Translations under genes and position numbers: made by a program
The notes under the pieces: generated by a model
What the model was told of the DNA's origin: nothing
Seen by the model: only the letters and a program-made list of their open reading frames with translations
The model's database searches: none
From: an uncultured Mollicutes bacterium
Lineage (GTDB): Bacteria > Bacillota_I > Bacilli_A > RFN20 > CAG-826
Direction: 5' to 3'
Length of the DNA: 59,255 bases
NCBI GenBank assembly: GCA_900542595.1
Contig: UQOB01000001.1
Location: forward strand, 1-59,255
Shown here: piece by piece, positions 18,155 through 28,200 of the stretch
How positions within the stretch are numbered: the stretch's first letter is position 1
Layout: the number at the start of each line of letters is the position of its first letter

Positions 18155-19226
18155 CCCGTTTAACTTCTTCTAAAAGTTTTTGTTCTTGGTCAAAGTGAAT
18201 TAAGGCATCGATAACGGGGTCAAGTTCCCCTTCCATCACTCGGTCAAGCTGATTGATGGTAAAACCAATCCGGTGATCAGTCACCCGATTTTGGGGATAG
18301 TTATAGGTTCTAATCTTTTCGCTTCGTTCACCGGTACCGACCTTAAGTTTCCGTTCCGTCGCGCGTTTATTATCTTCTAAGGATTGATAGTAGTCTTGAA
18401 CTTTCGCTCTGATCATCCGCATACAGATTTCTTTGTTTTGAAGTTGAGCTTTTTCGGTTTGGCAGCTGACCACAATCCCGGTGGGAAGGTGGGTGATCCG
18501 GACCGCACTTTCTGTCTTATTGACGTTTTGACCGCCGGCTCCTTGGCTTCTATAAGTATCAATCTTTAAATCCGCAGGATTGATTTTAACATCGACTTCT
18601 TCCGCCTCCGGCATAACGAGAACTGTCGCAGTACTGGTATGAATTCTTCCGCTGGCTTCGGTCTTTGGGACTCTTTGGACCCGGTGAGCGCCACTTTCGA
18701 ACTTTAATTTAGAGTAAACGCTATCGCCTTTTACCATGAAGGAAACATAGGAATAGCCGCCGGCTGTTCCTTCGATCCCGTCGATATATTGGACTTTCCA
18801 GCCCTGCCGTTCACTGTAACGGGTATACATTCTTAAAAGGTCACCTGCGAAGATGTTGGCTTCGTCACCTCCGACCGCTCCTCTAATTTCCACGATGATG
18901 TTTTTCTTATCATTAGGATCGACGGGGACGAGCTGCGCTTGGAGGGAATTTTCGAGCTCCGCCATTCTGTCTTCTAAGTTCTTTCTTTCTTCTTTTAAAA
19001 GCTCTTCCATATCACTATCGATAGAATCATTTAAAGAAGTGATGATGTCTTTTAGATCATTTTCATCTTTCAGATATTCCTTGTAATCTTTGTAAGGTTT
19101 TTCAAGTTCCGCTCGTTCTTTACTCAAAGAAGTTAACTTCTGAATATCTTCTTCAATCTTTTCATCCGCTAAGAGGGATTCAATTTCTTCGTAACGTTTT
19201 TTTAAGGCTTCGAGCCTTGACCGCAT
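18144..19226 (-). CDS. prfA: Peptide chain release factor 1
   Basis: GGQ motif (GAGGQNVNK) and PxT-type region. A start at 19226 (MRSRLEALKKRYEE) matches the usual RF1 N-terminus. The upstream ATG at 19238 is an alternative. Confidence 0.93.
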   Translation of the reverse strand: MRSRLEALKKRYEEIESLLADEKIEEDIQKLTSLSKERAELEKPYKDYKEYLKDENDLKDIITSLNDSIDSDMEELLKEERKNLEDRMAELENSLQAQLVPVDPNDKKNIIVEIRGAVGGDEANIFAGDLLRMYTRYSERQGWKVQYIDGIEGTAGGYSYVSFMVKGDSVYSKLKFESGAHRVQRVPKTEASGRIHTSTATVLVMPEAEEVDVKINPADLKIDTYRSQGAGGQNVNKTESAVRITHLPTGIVVSCQTEKAQLQNKEICMRMIRAKVQDYYQSLEDNKRATERKLKVGTGERSEKIRTYNYPQNRVTDHRIGFTINQLDRVMEGELDPVIDALIHFDQEQKLLEEVKRDEN

Positions 19227-19248
19227 GCTTTCTTCCATAATCGGAAGG

Positions 19249-19257
19249 ATTATACCA
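19249..19257 (-). promoter_or_regulatory. Extended -10 element (TGgTATAAT) upstream of prfA
   Basis: Read on the minus strand as atatGgTATAATccttccgattATG. The -35 candidate TTACAA is poor, with a 19-nt spacer. Confidence 0.4.
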
Positions 19258-19341
19258 TATTTTTATAAGCCCTTTGTAATGCGAGAAAAAACCTTACCCA
19301 ACCTTTTTAAAGACCGGCTTAGAGGGTATAATTACAGCGAT

Positions 19342-21111
19342 ATGACCTACCGTGCTTTATACCTTAAATATCGGCCGCAGACTTTTTCGGAAGTAGCCGG
19401 CCAAGAAGCGATTGTTAAAACCTTAGTTAACTCCTTAAATAGTGGGAAAATCGCCCATGCTTACTTGTTTTCAGGTCCGAGAGGAACTGGAAAAACCTCG
19501 ATGGCGAGACTCTTCGCGAAAGCCTTAAACTGCGAAGAAGGGCTCGGCCACCAATGTGATGTATGTGATAACTGCCGGATGATATCCGAAGGTTCTCACC
19601 CCGATGTCATCGAGATTGACGCGGCGAGCAATAACGGGGTTGATCAAGTGAGAGACTTGATTGAGAAGATTCATTACGCTCCGATTAAAGGACGATACAA
19701 AGTCTACATCATCGATGAAGTTCATATGATGTCGACTGGAGCGTTCAACGCTCTTCTTAAGACCTTAGAAGAACCCCCGTCCCACGTTATCTTTATCTTA
19801 TGTACGACCGAAATTAATAAAGTATTACCCACCATTATTTCCCGTTGCCAAAGATTTGATTTCAGTAAAGTCCCCGACCAAGAAATGAAGGAAAGACTTT
19901 TAGAAATCTTAAAGAAAGAACAAGCGACATATGACGATGAAGCGGTCAATCTTTTAATCAACCTCGCTGATGGGGGAATGAGAGACGCTTTATCAATCTT
20001 AGATCAAGTTCTTTCCTTCACCGGTAATAAACTTACAACCGAAGATTTACTCGATATCTATGGTTTAGCGAGTAAAGTCGATAAGATTAAAATCTTGGAA
20101 GCCGTCGGTGATAGCGATGTTGAAACTCTCTTATCTCTCATTGAAAATTTAACGAGAAAAGGGATTGATTTAAAGCGATTAATCACCGATTTAATCGAAC
20201 TTTTAAAGGACTTATATGTCTATCAAATTACCAGGGACGTTAAGCTTTTAAAAACCCTGACATTAACGGAAGCCGATGAATTAAATGACCACCTGAGGCC
20301 CTCGCAAGTTAACCATATGTTGTTGACGCTTCTTAAGACCTTAAATGACTTTAAGTTCATTAATGATTCGAAGGCTTTACTAGAAATTACTTTATTAGGC
20401 TTAACGAAAAAGGAAGAAGAGATTGTTAACGAAACCCCCGCTCCGAAAGTTACCCCTGTTGTTAAGAAAGAAGAATTGAAACCAGTCGAAGTGAAGAAAG
20501 AAGAACCGAAGCCAGTAGAAATTAAAAAAGAACCGGTTATCGAAGCGAAGAAAGAGGAAGAACAAGATTTATCGAAACTTTCGAAAGACGTTCCTCCTTC
20601 CTTCCTCTTTGATGACGCAGAAGAGAAAAAAGAGGAAAAAAAAGAAACTAAAGAAGAAGTTTCCACTCTCCCGGAATTTAGTGGAGCGGTCCTTCAAACG
20701 TCTGGTGACATGAATGAACTCGATCAAAATACAATGATTGGCATCATGACAACCGCGAGTAAGCCGGAAAGAGAAAAGCTTCTCAATCAATGGAGCGCTT
20801 TACAAGACTACGTTGCTAATCCGGAAGCCGGGCCTTTCGCCTCCCTTCTCAGAATGGGGCACCCCTTCTGCTTATGTAAGGAAGCTTTAATCCTCACCTA
20901 TGATTTAAAATCGCAAGCGAACAAGATTAACCTAAAAGCTAACCAAAAATACTTTAGAATCTTGCTACATAAACTATTGGGAAGAGACGTCTTCGTCTAC
21001 GCTTTAGACCCCAAGAGTCGAGTGGAAATGATGAATAACTATTACTCTCTCGCCCAAGTGGGAGGACTTCCTGCGAAAAATTCCGTAAAATTAGTGCTAC
21101 CAAAGGAGTAA
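19342..21111 (+). CDS. dnaX: DNA polymerase III subunit tau (DnaX)
   Basis: MTYRALYLKYRPQTF..., Walker A GPRGTGKTS, a Cys cluster (CxxCxxC) and an SRC motif. The track ORF start at 19225 is an unsupported extension. Confidence 0.9.
   Translation: MTYRALYLKYRPQTFSEVAGQEAIVKTLVNSLNSGKIAHAYLFSGPRGTGKTSMARLFAKALNCEEGLGHQCDVCDNCRMISEGSHPDVIEIDAASNNGVDQVRDLIEKIHYAPIKGRYKVYIIDEVHMMSTGAFNALLKTLEEPPSHVIFILCTTEINKVLPTIISRCQRFDFSKVPDQEMKERLLEILKKEQATYDDEAVNLLINLADGGMRDALSILDQVLSFTGNKLTTEDLLDIYGLASKVDKIKILEAVGDSDVETLLSLIENLTRKGIDLKRLITDLIELLKDLYVYQITRDVKLLKTLTLTEADELNDHLRPSQVNHMLLTLLKTLNDFKFINDSKALLEITLLGLTKKEEEIVNETPAPKVTPVVKKEELKPVEVKKEEPKPVEIKKEPVIEAKKEEEQDLSKLSKDVPPSFLFDDAEEKKEEKKETKEEVSTLPEFSGAVLQTSGDMNELDQNTMIGIMTTASKPEREKLLNQWSALQDYVANPEAGPFASLLRMGHPFCLCKEALILTYDLKSQANKINLKANQKYFRILLHKLLGRDVFVYALDPKSRVEMMNNYYSLAQVGGLPAKNSVKLVLPKE
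20464..20562 (+). repeat. Imperfect in-frame 30-nt tandem repeat encoding the KKEE(L/P)KPVE(V/I) linker of DnaX
   Basis: Units are 20464-20493 (KKEELKPVEV) and 20494-20523 (KKEEPKPVEI), followed by degenerate units KKEPVIEA and KKEEE. Confidence 0.6.
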
Positions 21112-21115
21112 ATAT

Positions 21116-21418
21116 ATGAATCAAATGCAACAAATGCTCATGCAAGCCCAACGCTTACAAAAGCAAATTTTAAAGGCCCATGAGGAACTCGATAAGAAAG
21201 AATTCACCACCGAAAAAGCTGGCTTAGTGACTTTAGTGATGAAGGGTGATCGAAGCCTTGTCAGTTTATCTATCAATGAAGATGCCTTAGACAAAGAAAA
21301 CAAAGAAATGCTCGAAGAAACCATCAAGATGGCGGTCAACGAAACCTTAGCTAAAATCAGAGAAGAAGCCGATAGAATCGATGAACAACTCACCGGAAGA
21401 GGAGGCCTTCCTTTCTAG
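21116..21418 (+). CDS. ybaB: YbaB/EbfC nucleoid-associated protein
   Basis: 100 aa in the conserved dnaX-ybaB-recR order, with the N-terminal MQQMLMQAQRLQ motif. Confidence 0.9.
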   Translation: MNQMQQMLMQAQRLQKQILKAHEELDKKEFTTEKAGLVTLVMKGDRSLVSLSINEDALDKENKEMLEETIKMAVNETLAKIREEADRIDEQLTGRGGLPF

Positions 21419-22009
21419 ATGAATAACTTGAAAACTCTTGACGCCTTGATTAGTAGTTTCCAAAAGCTTCCCGGTATCGGAGAAAAAACCGCGGAACGCT
21501 TGGCCTACAGCGTTTTATCGTGGCCATTGGAAGATGTCGAAGAGTTTTCATCATCTTTAATCAAAGCCAAAACCGATATTCACCCCTGCCCCATCTGCGG
21601 GCTCTTCACTGAAAACGACACCTGCGATGTCTGCAGTGACGAAAACCGCGATCATAAAGTCATCACAGTCGTCAGTGAAAGCAAAGACGTCTTAGCGATT
21701 GAAAAGATGGGGACATATAATGGTCTCTATCACGTCTTAGGGGGCAACATTTCCATCAATAAACAAATGGGCCCAGAGAAGCTGAATATCGATCACCTTT
21801 TAAAGAGAATCAAAGAAGGAAAGATTGAAGAAGTCATCTTAGCCCTCAACGTCACCATCGACGGGGAAACCACCGCGTTATACCTCCAGAATCTTTTAAA
21901 AGATTTCCCGGTGAAAGTCACCCGTTTAGCCTGCGGGCTTTCGATGGGCTCAAGCCTCGATTATATTGACCCGTTAACCTTAAGACGGGCCTTCGAAGGG
22001 AGAAAATAA
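21419..22009 (+). CDS. recR: Recombination protein RecR
   Basis: HhH (LPGIGEKTAERLA), C4 zinc finger (CPICG...CDVC) and a Toprim domain. Confidence 0.95.
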   Translation: MNNLKTLDALISSFQKLPGIGEKTAERLAYSVLSWPLEDVEEFSSSLIKAKTDIHPCPICGLFTENDTCDVCSDENRDHKVITVVSESKDVLAIEKMGTYNGLYHVLGGNISINKQMGPEKLNIDHLLKRIKEGKIEEVILALNVTIDGETTALYLQNLLKDFPVKVTRLACGLSMGSSLDYIDPLTLRRAFEGRK

Positions 22010-22632
22010 TGTTTATCACATTTGAAGGTGTCGAAGGAAGCGGTAAGAGCACCGCGATAAAGAAAATCATCGAAGAATTAAAGAAAGAAAACTACGATGT
22101 TCTTTTGACGAGGGAACCCGGCGGAACCCCAATATCTGAGCAAATCCGCGATATTATTTTAGATAAACAGAATACGGACATGGATTATATGACCGAAGCT
22201 TTGCTGTACGCAGCGAGTAGAAGGCAACATATCGTCCAAAAGATTCTCCCGGCTTTAAAGGAACATAAGATCGTTCTCTGCGACCGCTTTTTGGATAGTT
22301 CTTTAGCTTATCAAGGAGCTGCTCGGGGTTTAGGAATTGATAAAGTGTACGCCTTAAACCAATTCGCGACCGATGGTCTTCTCCCCGATTTAACCATCGT
22401 CTTTGATCTTGACCCCGAAGAAGGACTTCACCGGATATCCTGCAATAAGAATCGAGAAGTAAATAGACTCGATAAAGAAAAATTAGCCTTCCATAAAAAG
22501 GTGAGAGAAGCTTTCCTTTATCTCCATAAAACTTATCCCGACCGGGTAAGGATTATCGATGCTTCAAAAGACCCGGTTGAAGTCTATAAGGAAGCTCTTA
22601 AAGAAATTCATAATGTTCTTCGAAGACGATGA
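22009..22632 (+). CDS. tmk: Thymidylate kinase
   Basis: FITFEGVEGSGKST P-loop and DRFLDSSLAYQG motif. The gene ends in TGA, overlapping the holB ATG (ATGA). Confidence 0.9.
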   Translation: MFITFEGVEGSGKSTAIKKIIEELKKENYDVLLTREPGGTPISEQIRDIILDKQNTDMDYMTEALLYAASRRQHIVQKILPALKEHKIVLCDRFLDSSLAYQGAARGLGIDKVYALNQFATDGLLPDLTIVFDLDPEEGLHRISCNKNREVNRLDKEKLAFHKKVREAFLYLHKTYPDRVRIIDASKDPVEVYKEALKEIHNVLRRR

Positions 22633-23597
22633 AAGAAAGACAGTTTTTAGAAACATATCAACCAAAGTTTTTAACTTATCTTAAGAACGCGATAAAGAAT
22701 GACCGCTTGGGGCAAGGCTATCTCTTATGCGGCGGTATTGGCTGTCCTTTAAAAGAAGCGGCTTTGTTTCTAAGTGAAACCTTAATCTGTTTAAACCCTG
22801 ATCCTTTAGCGTGCGAGACTTGCCGAGCATGCAAAAGATTTCAAAACAATAATTACCAAGACTTTATCTTTATCGATGGCTCTACTTCCACCATCAAAAA
22901 GGAGCAAGTGCAAGAAGTCATTCAAAAGTTTTCCAAGAGTCCCTTAGAAGAAAAAGGGGTCAAGGTTTACGTCATCCATCACGCCGAAAACATGACAGCA
23001 GAAGCTGTAAATTCTCTCTTAAAGTTCTTAGAAGAACCCCCGGGTGGCACGTACGCGATACTTACCACCAACAATCGTGACCGGATTCTCCCCACTATCT
23101 TAAGCCGGGTGGAGACCATCAATTTAGCCTTGATTCCGGTCAGTGAAGTTAAAAGAGAAGCCTTAGAACTTGGGGTTAAAGAAGATGATGCGGAGCTTCT
23201 TTCAACCATTGAGAACTCCCCCGCTGCGATAAAAGAAGAAAGCGAGAACGAAGACTACGTGAAAGCAAAGAAAGCTTTAAAAGTCGCTTTAAACGCTTTT
23301 ACCCTCGATAAAGATGACGCTATCTTCCGTTTAGAAAAAGAAATTATTCCTCTCGTAAACAATAAAAATGCCGCGAAATATTTCTTTAAATTATTGACCG
23401 TCGTCTTTAAAGATTTAGCCGTCCAAGAAAGAAGTGAACGAGTTTTAAAAAGTTATGATAAACTATTAGAGCCAATCGAAGGGAAAATCACTTCATTGGG
23501 GGATGCCTTATATTTAGCCTTACACTTAGAAAGCGAGTTGGAGCTCAATATCAGTCCCACTCTTCTTTTGGAAAAGCTCTTTCAAGAAATTTTATAA
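22629..23597 (+). CDS. holB: DNA polymerase III delta-prime subunit
   Basis: Degenerate P-loop, Cys cluster CETCRACKR and the LLKFLEEPP and SR(V) motifs. Confidence 0.8.
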   Translation: MKERQFLETYQPKFLTYLKNAIKNDRLGQGYLLCGGIGCPLKEAALFLSETLICLNPDPLACETCRACKRFQNNNYQDFIFIDGSTSTIKKEQVQEVIQKFSKSPLEEKGVKVYVIHHAENMTAEAVNSLLKFLEEPPGGTYAILTTNNRDRILPTILSRVETINLALIPVSEVKREALELGVKEDDAELLSTIENSPAAIKEESENEDYVKAKKALKVALNAFTLDKDDAIFRLEKEIIPLVNNKNAAKYFFKLLTVVFKDLAVQERSERVLKSYDKLLEPIEGKITSLGDALYLALHLESELELNISPTLLLEKLFQEIL

Positions 23598-23601
23598 ACT
23601 T

Positions 23602-24441
23602 ATGGATGAATTTTATTTAGGGGTCTGCCTCTCGGGCAGCATTAAAAGTTATTATTTTAGGACTAACATTCCTGACTTAAAGATTGGGGACAATGTCGTC
23701 TGCGATACCGCGGAAGGTTTAGCCTATGGTTGGGTTTCCACGAACCCCGTCCCTCTTTCTTCATACACTGGCACTCTTCCCTTAAAAGACGTCTTAAGAA
23801 AAGCCTCACCCCAAGATAAAGTCAGCTTCGATTATTACAAGAAAGAAAGTGAAAAAGCTCTTTCCATCGTCGAAAAAGAAATCGCGAAAGCCAACCTCAG
23901 CATGAACTTAATTGACGTCAACTACAGCTTAGATGGAAGCATCTGTTTAATTAGATATACCAGTGATGCGAGAGTTGATTTCCGTCCTTTATTAAAGATT
24001 CTTCCTCCCCTTTTAAAAGCGAGAATTGAATTCCGGCAAATTTCTCCTCGTGATCGTGCAAAAATGGTCGGTGGGGTCGGGCCCTGCGGAAGGCAACTCT
24101 GCTGCCAAACTTTCCTCCATCACTTCGAAAATATCTCGATTGGAAAAGCCAAGAACCAGATGCTCACTTTAAATATCCCCAAGCTCAGCGGCGCCTGCGG
24201 TAAACTGGCCTGCTGCTTAGCCTATGAAGATGACCTCTACACCGAAGAAAAGAAGAAATTCCCGGAAGTCGGAACGGAAGTGAAAGACGGGAAAAACATT
24301 TATTACGTTGATACCTTCAATGTTTTAAATGAAAAGATTACCATCAAGAATAAAGAAGAAACCAAGACCATTACCTTAGAAGAATATAACGCGCTAAAAA
24401 ATAAGAAGAATTCTTTTAAGGAGAATAAACGTGACCGTTAA
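23602..24441 (+). CDS. ricT: PSP1-domain protein (YaaT/RicT family)
   Basis: Cys-rich segment CGRQLCCQTF...GACGKLACCL and the conserved position after holB. Confidence 0.8.
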   Translation: MDEFYLGVCLSGSIKSYYFRTNIPDLKIGDNVVCDTAEGLAYGWVSTNPVPLSSYTGTLPLKDVLRKASPQDKVSFDYYKKESEKALSIVEKEIAKANLSMNLIDVNYSLDGSICLIRYTSDARVDFRPLLKILPPLLKARIEFRQISPRDRAKMVGGVGPCGRQLCCQTFLHHFENISIGKAKNQMLTLNIPKLSGACGKLACCLAYEDDLYTEEKKKFPEVGTEVKDGKNIYYVDTFNVLNEKITIKNKEETKTITLEEYNALKNKKNSFKENKRDR

Positions 24442-25288
24442 ACGGGGACAGGCCTTCATGCAAAACGGCCCCGTTTTTTATTTGGTGGCCACTCCGATTG
24501 GAAACTTAACCGAATTCTCCCCGCGAGCGAAAGAGGTCCTTAACACCGTCGACGCGGTATTCTGTGAAGACACTAGACATACTGGACTTTTGTTAAAAGC
24601 ATTCGATATTAAAAAGCCTTTAATCAGCTGCTTTGAACATAATGAAAACGAAAAAGCCGAACTTCTTTTAAACTACTTAAGAGAAGGAAAATCCATCGCC
24701 TATTGTTCCGATGCCGGTTACCCTTTAATCAGTGACCCCGGCCAAAGGCTCGTTCAGAAGGTCTTAGATAATGACTTCTTCGTCAGTGTCATCAGCGGTC
24801 CCTCCGCGTTCCTCAATGCCTTATGCGGAAGCGGTCTCGATACCGAACACTTCTATTTCTATGGGTTCTTGAAAGCCGCTCCGAATGAACGAAGAAAAGA
24901 GTTAGAAAGCTTAAAAGATTTTCCCTCAACCATGATTTTCTATGAAGCACCGCACCGCTTAATCTCGACTTTAAGAGATATGGAAAAGATTTTTGGTGGG
25001 GATCGAAAAGCGGTTTTAGCCCGAGAATTAACTAAGAAACATGAAGAATATATTAGAGGCACATTAAGCGAAATTTTATCCTCCCTTCACGATGAAAAAG
25101 GGGAGTTTGTCATCCTCATTGAAAGAGGAAAATCCCTGCAAAAGTCATATAAAGAAGAAGATATTGTGAATTTACTTAAGGAAGAACTCAAAGATAAAAA
25201 GAGCAAAGAAGCCGTTAAAAAAGTCGCGGAAATTACCAAACTAAATTCCCACGACATTTATGATTTATATCTTAAATATTTCCGTTAG
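24431..25288 (+). CDS. rsmI: 16S rRNA (cytidine1402-2'-O)-methyltransferase
   Basis: The motifs FYLVATPIGNL and FCEDTRHT match this family. The GTG at 24431 has AAGGAG 7 nt upstream. The ATG at 24458 is an alternative start. Confidence 0.85.
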   Translation: MTVKRGQAFMQNGPVFYLVATPIGNLTEFSPRAKEVLNTVDAVFCEDTRHTGLLLKAFDIKKPLISCFEHNENEKAELLLNYLREGKSIAYCSDAGYPLISDPGQRLVQKVLDNDFFVSVISGPSAFLNALCGSGLDTEHFYFYGFLKAAPNERRKELESLKDFPSTMIFYEAPHRLISTLRDMEKIFGGDRKAVLARELTKKHEEYIRGTLSEILSSLHDEKGEFVILIERGKSLQKSYKEEDIVNLLKEELKDKKSKEAVKKVAEITKLNSHDIYDLYLKYFR

Positions 25289-28200
25289 TTTGTTTTTCTT
25301 TCTTCTCTTTTAAATAGATTACTAAGAAACTGATGCCTTGGAAGGCAATGAAACCGCCGATGCAACCCATCGCGATAACCGCTCCTTCTTTTAATGACGG
25401 GGTCATATAAGTTAAGTGGTAAGAGAAGTCACCTTGCGGCGCGACAAAGCCGAGGAAACCACCATTTAATCTATAGGTGTTAACTTTTTGCGTAACACCT
25501 TCACTGTCTGTCGCAGTCAACTGCCACCCGGCATCGTAACCTAAAGAAGTCGTCACTAATCTTCGTTCAGTGAAGTCGGTATCAAAGGTGAAATTGTCCG
25601 TCCAATATTTGACGTTCTTTAAAACGTAGTTATCACCAGTAAAGGGGGCTACCAAAGTTTCTAAATCGCTTCTTTCCATCATATAAGAAGTGAAGTCCCG
25701 GTAAGAAATAGTACCAGAATTTCCTTTATAGCAGGCGATAATATATTTGACTCTTCCCTCAGGATAGAAACCGAAAGAACCGCCACTACCATTAACTTTC
25801 CGGGTGATCCAGTTGTTTAAAGAATTCCATTCATAAGAGAGAAGAACGTTTTCTTCCGTCATGTTTCCTTCTTCATCAAACTTATCTCCGACAAAATAAA
25901 TCCGCGGGGCCACGGAGAATGAGGTAGCTTGGCTATTATTCGTGTAGCTCGAGAAATCGAGGACGAAATACGCTCCATTGGGGTCGTTATTGAAATACTC
26001 GCCCCAGCCACTTCTCGGGTAAGAGATAACTTTTCCAAAGTCTCTCGCTACCTTAGTGCCGTTTGAAGTGGAATTACTATAGGTTTCATCTTTCACCACG
26101 ACATTCGGATCATCTAAATGGTCTAAGAAATAAGTCGGATCCCAGTTGATACCTTTTTCATCGTTGACGCAGAAGAAGCCATATTGAAGTTCGTCGTTAT
26201 GAACGGTTTCCACGTATCTTAAGTTCTTTAAGACTTTCTCCATCTTTAAATAAGATAAAGAACGATTGGGGGCTTCTTGCACCGCGTAGTTATTAGGATT
26301 ATCGAGATTTAAATCTTCTAAGATGATGTCGACCATGTCGTCTTCGACGATACCGCCGGTGAGGTAGACATTCTCATTCCGCATGATTTCCATCGTCGCG
26401 TTCGACCCGGCGTAGTTATGGAAGAAGTCGCTGCTGTTTCTCGTGGAAGAGTCTTTTTCTAAGCCTTCTTGATAGAGATTATCTACCGCGTGACCAAAGC
26501 CGATGATATCGCTATAAGGATTTTCATAAACCCGATAATTATCAGTGCTAAAGACTAATTCACTCCCGAAAGGAACGTTGGGAGTAAAGTCATCATAACC
26601 TTTGATATAACCTTCTCCCCGAATAACATAGTACTTAGTGCCTAAGGCATTATCGAAGCTGAAACGTTTATTCCCGTAATAGCTCGACCAACTCTTGTTG
26701 ATGATTTCTTGACCGTAAGCTTCCCGAATTCCTTCGTTATTAGTGATATAGGAATATCTAGCTAAATCGCTTAAATCATAGTTAAACAAAGAGTGGAAAG
26801 TTGAAGTGCCATTATAGCCGAAAACCATGTTGCTATTGGTGTCGATGACGCTGTCGGTATAGGAACGATAATAGCTATTATCGATATCTTTTAATCGGTC
26901 AAACACTTGGGTCGTTTCTTGGTAATAGCCCTGTCCATTTAAGAAGTTTCGGTAAGGGGTCATATAGCCATAGATAAAGCTGATGTTACCGCTGACGATG
27001 AGTTCGATGGAGATGAAACCTAAGAGAACTTTCTTAAAGTGCTTATGGTTATGGAAGTAAAGGAAGACGATTCCTTCCCCCACCACTAAGACAATCTGAT
27101 AGATAACCAGCCACATTAAAGAGATGGTCGCCCCTCTAAAGACGACAGTCCCGGGAACTTCATAATGATCTTTGATGTAGCCATCGATATTGACGTATTC
27201 AATGGTCTTGTCTTTTAACACTAAAACGGTGATTAAGAAGGTGAACATCGTTAAGGCGGCCGCCGTAAACGTCCCAGCTGGTAAGACACACTTCTTTTCG
27301 TCCTTCAATCGATCAAGCTCTTGGCAAGCGTAATACAAGATTACTGGAATAAGGATGATGTACCAGCGGCCATAACCATCACCTGCAAAAGCGTAGAAAA
27401 AGTAATAAGAGAAGTTAGTAAAGACCATGTAAAGCCCGATCGCTATCGCAGCTAAATGACTCCACTTCTTTCTCGTAATTGACCCATACATCGCAGTAAA
27501 GAAGAGGATGATCATCGGGGTGTAGACGAATAAAGAAGAAGTCCAGCTATCGTAGTTATAAGTGCCCCCACCAAAAGAGCCTTTCGCTAAGGGGAGCCAC
27601 ATATAGTTACAAGTCGGGTAGAAAAAACCAATTAATCCCTGCAATTCTCGGCCGGAATTGAGGCCAACCGGTTCAAACATCAACTTAAAGAAGGTCGCGA
27701 TATCTAAGCCTTTTAAGGAACTGGTTAAAGCATTTAAGTAAGCCATCCCGACGCTCATCGTCCGGCCACTTAAAGAAGTTTCCCGAATGCTCGGGAGCAA
27801 GGTCCAAGCACTCATCCCGATTCCTAAACCGAAACCTAAAACCCCGATTCCAATGACGATAAGGTTATCGGGAAGTTTCCGTTTCTTAATCGTCTGGAAG
27901 TACCGCCAGCCGGCATAGAGGACGCCGAAGAAACAGAAGACGATTAAGAAGAAGAAGCTGATGGTGCCGCAGAAGAATAAGCCGATAACTAAGGACGTTA
28001 TCCGTTTTTCTTTTAAAACCTGTTCAATCCCCACGAGGATTAAAGGGAGGGTGAAGGCCATCGAAAGATAAGTGGGGAAACCGGCGAAGAAGTTAATATA
28101 ACCACTAAAAGCAAAGACCACCGCACCTAAACGGCTACTTCCTTCGGAAACCCCCATATATTTCAGGTAATAACGAAGGGCTAAAGCCGCCGCTAAACAT

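Noticed and set aside
19225-19341. 39-codon N-terminal extension of dnaX in the track.
   Set aside because: It overlaps the prfA start and promoter region and has no SD. The DnaX family N-terminus (M.Y.ALY.KYRPQ.F) begins at 19342.
20626-20632. First A6G run in dnaX (GAG AAA AAA GAG) as an E. coli-type A AAA AAG frameshift site.
   Set aside because: It is out of phase. The first A is at codon position 1, so it does not satisfy X XXY YYZ in the zero frame. Only the second run (20637-20643) is in phase.
20223-20790. Antisense ORFs (147 aa and 73 aa) opposite the dnaX linker.
   Set aside because: They are Ser/Phe-rich translations of the reverse complement of a Lys/Glu-rich coding repeat, which is a typical low-complexity artefact.
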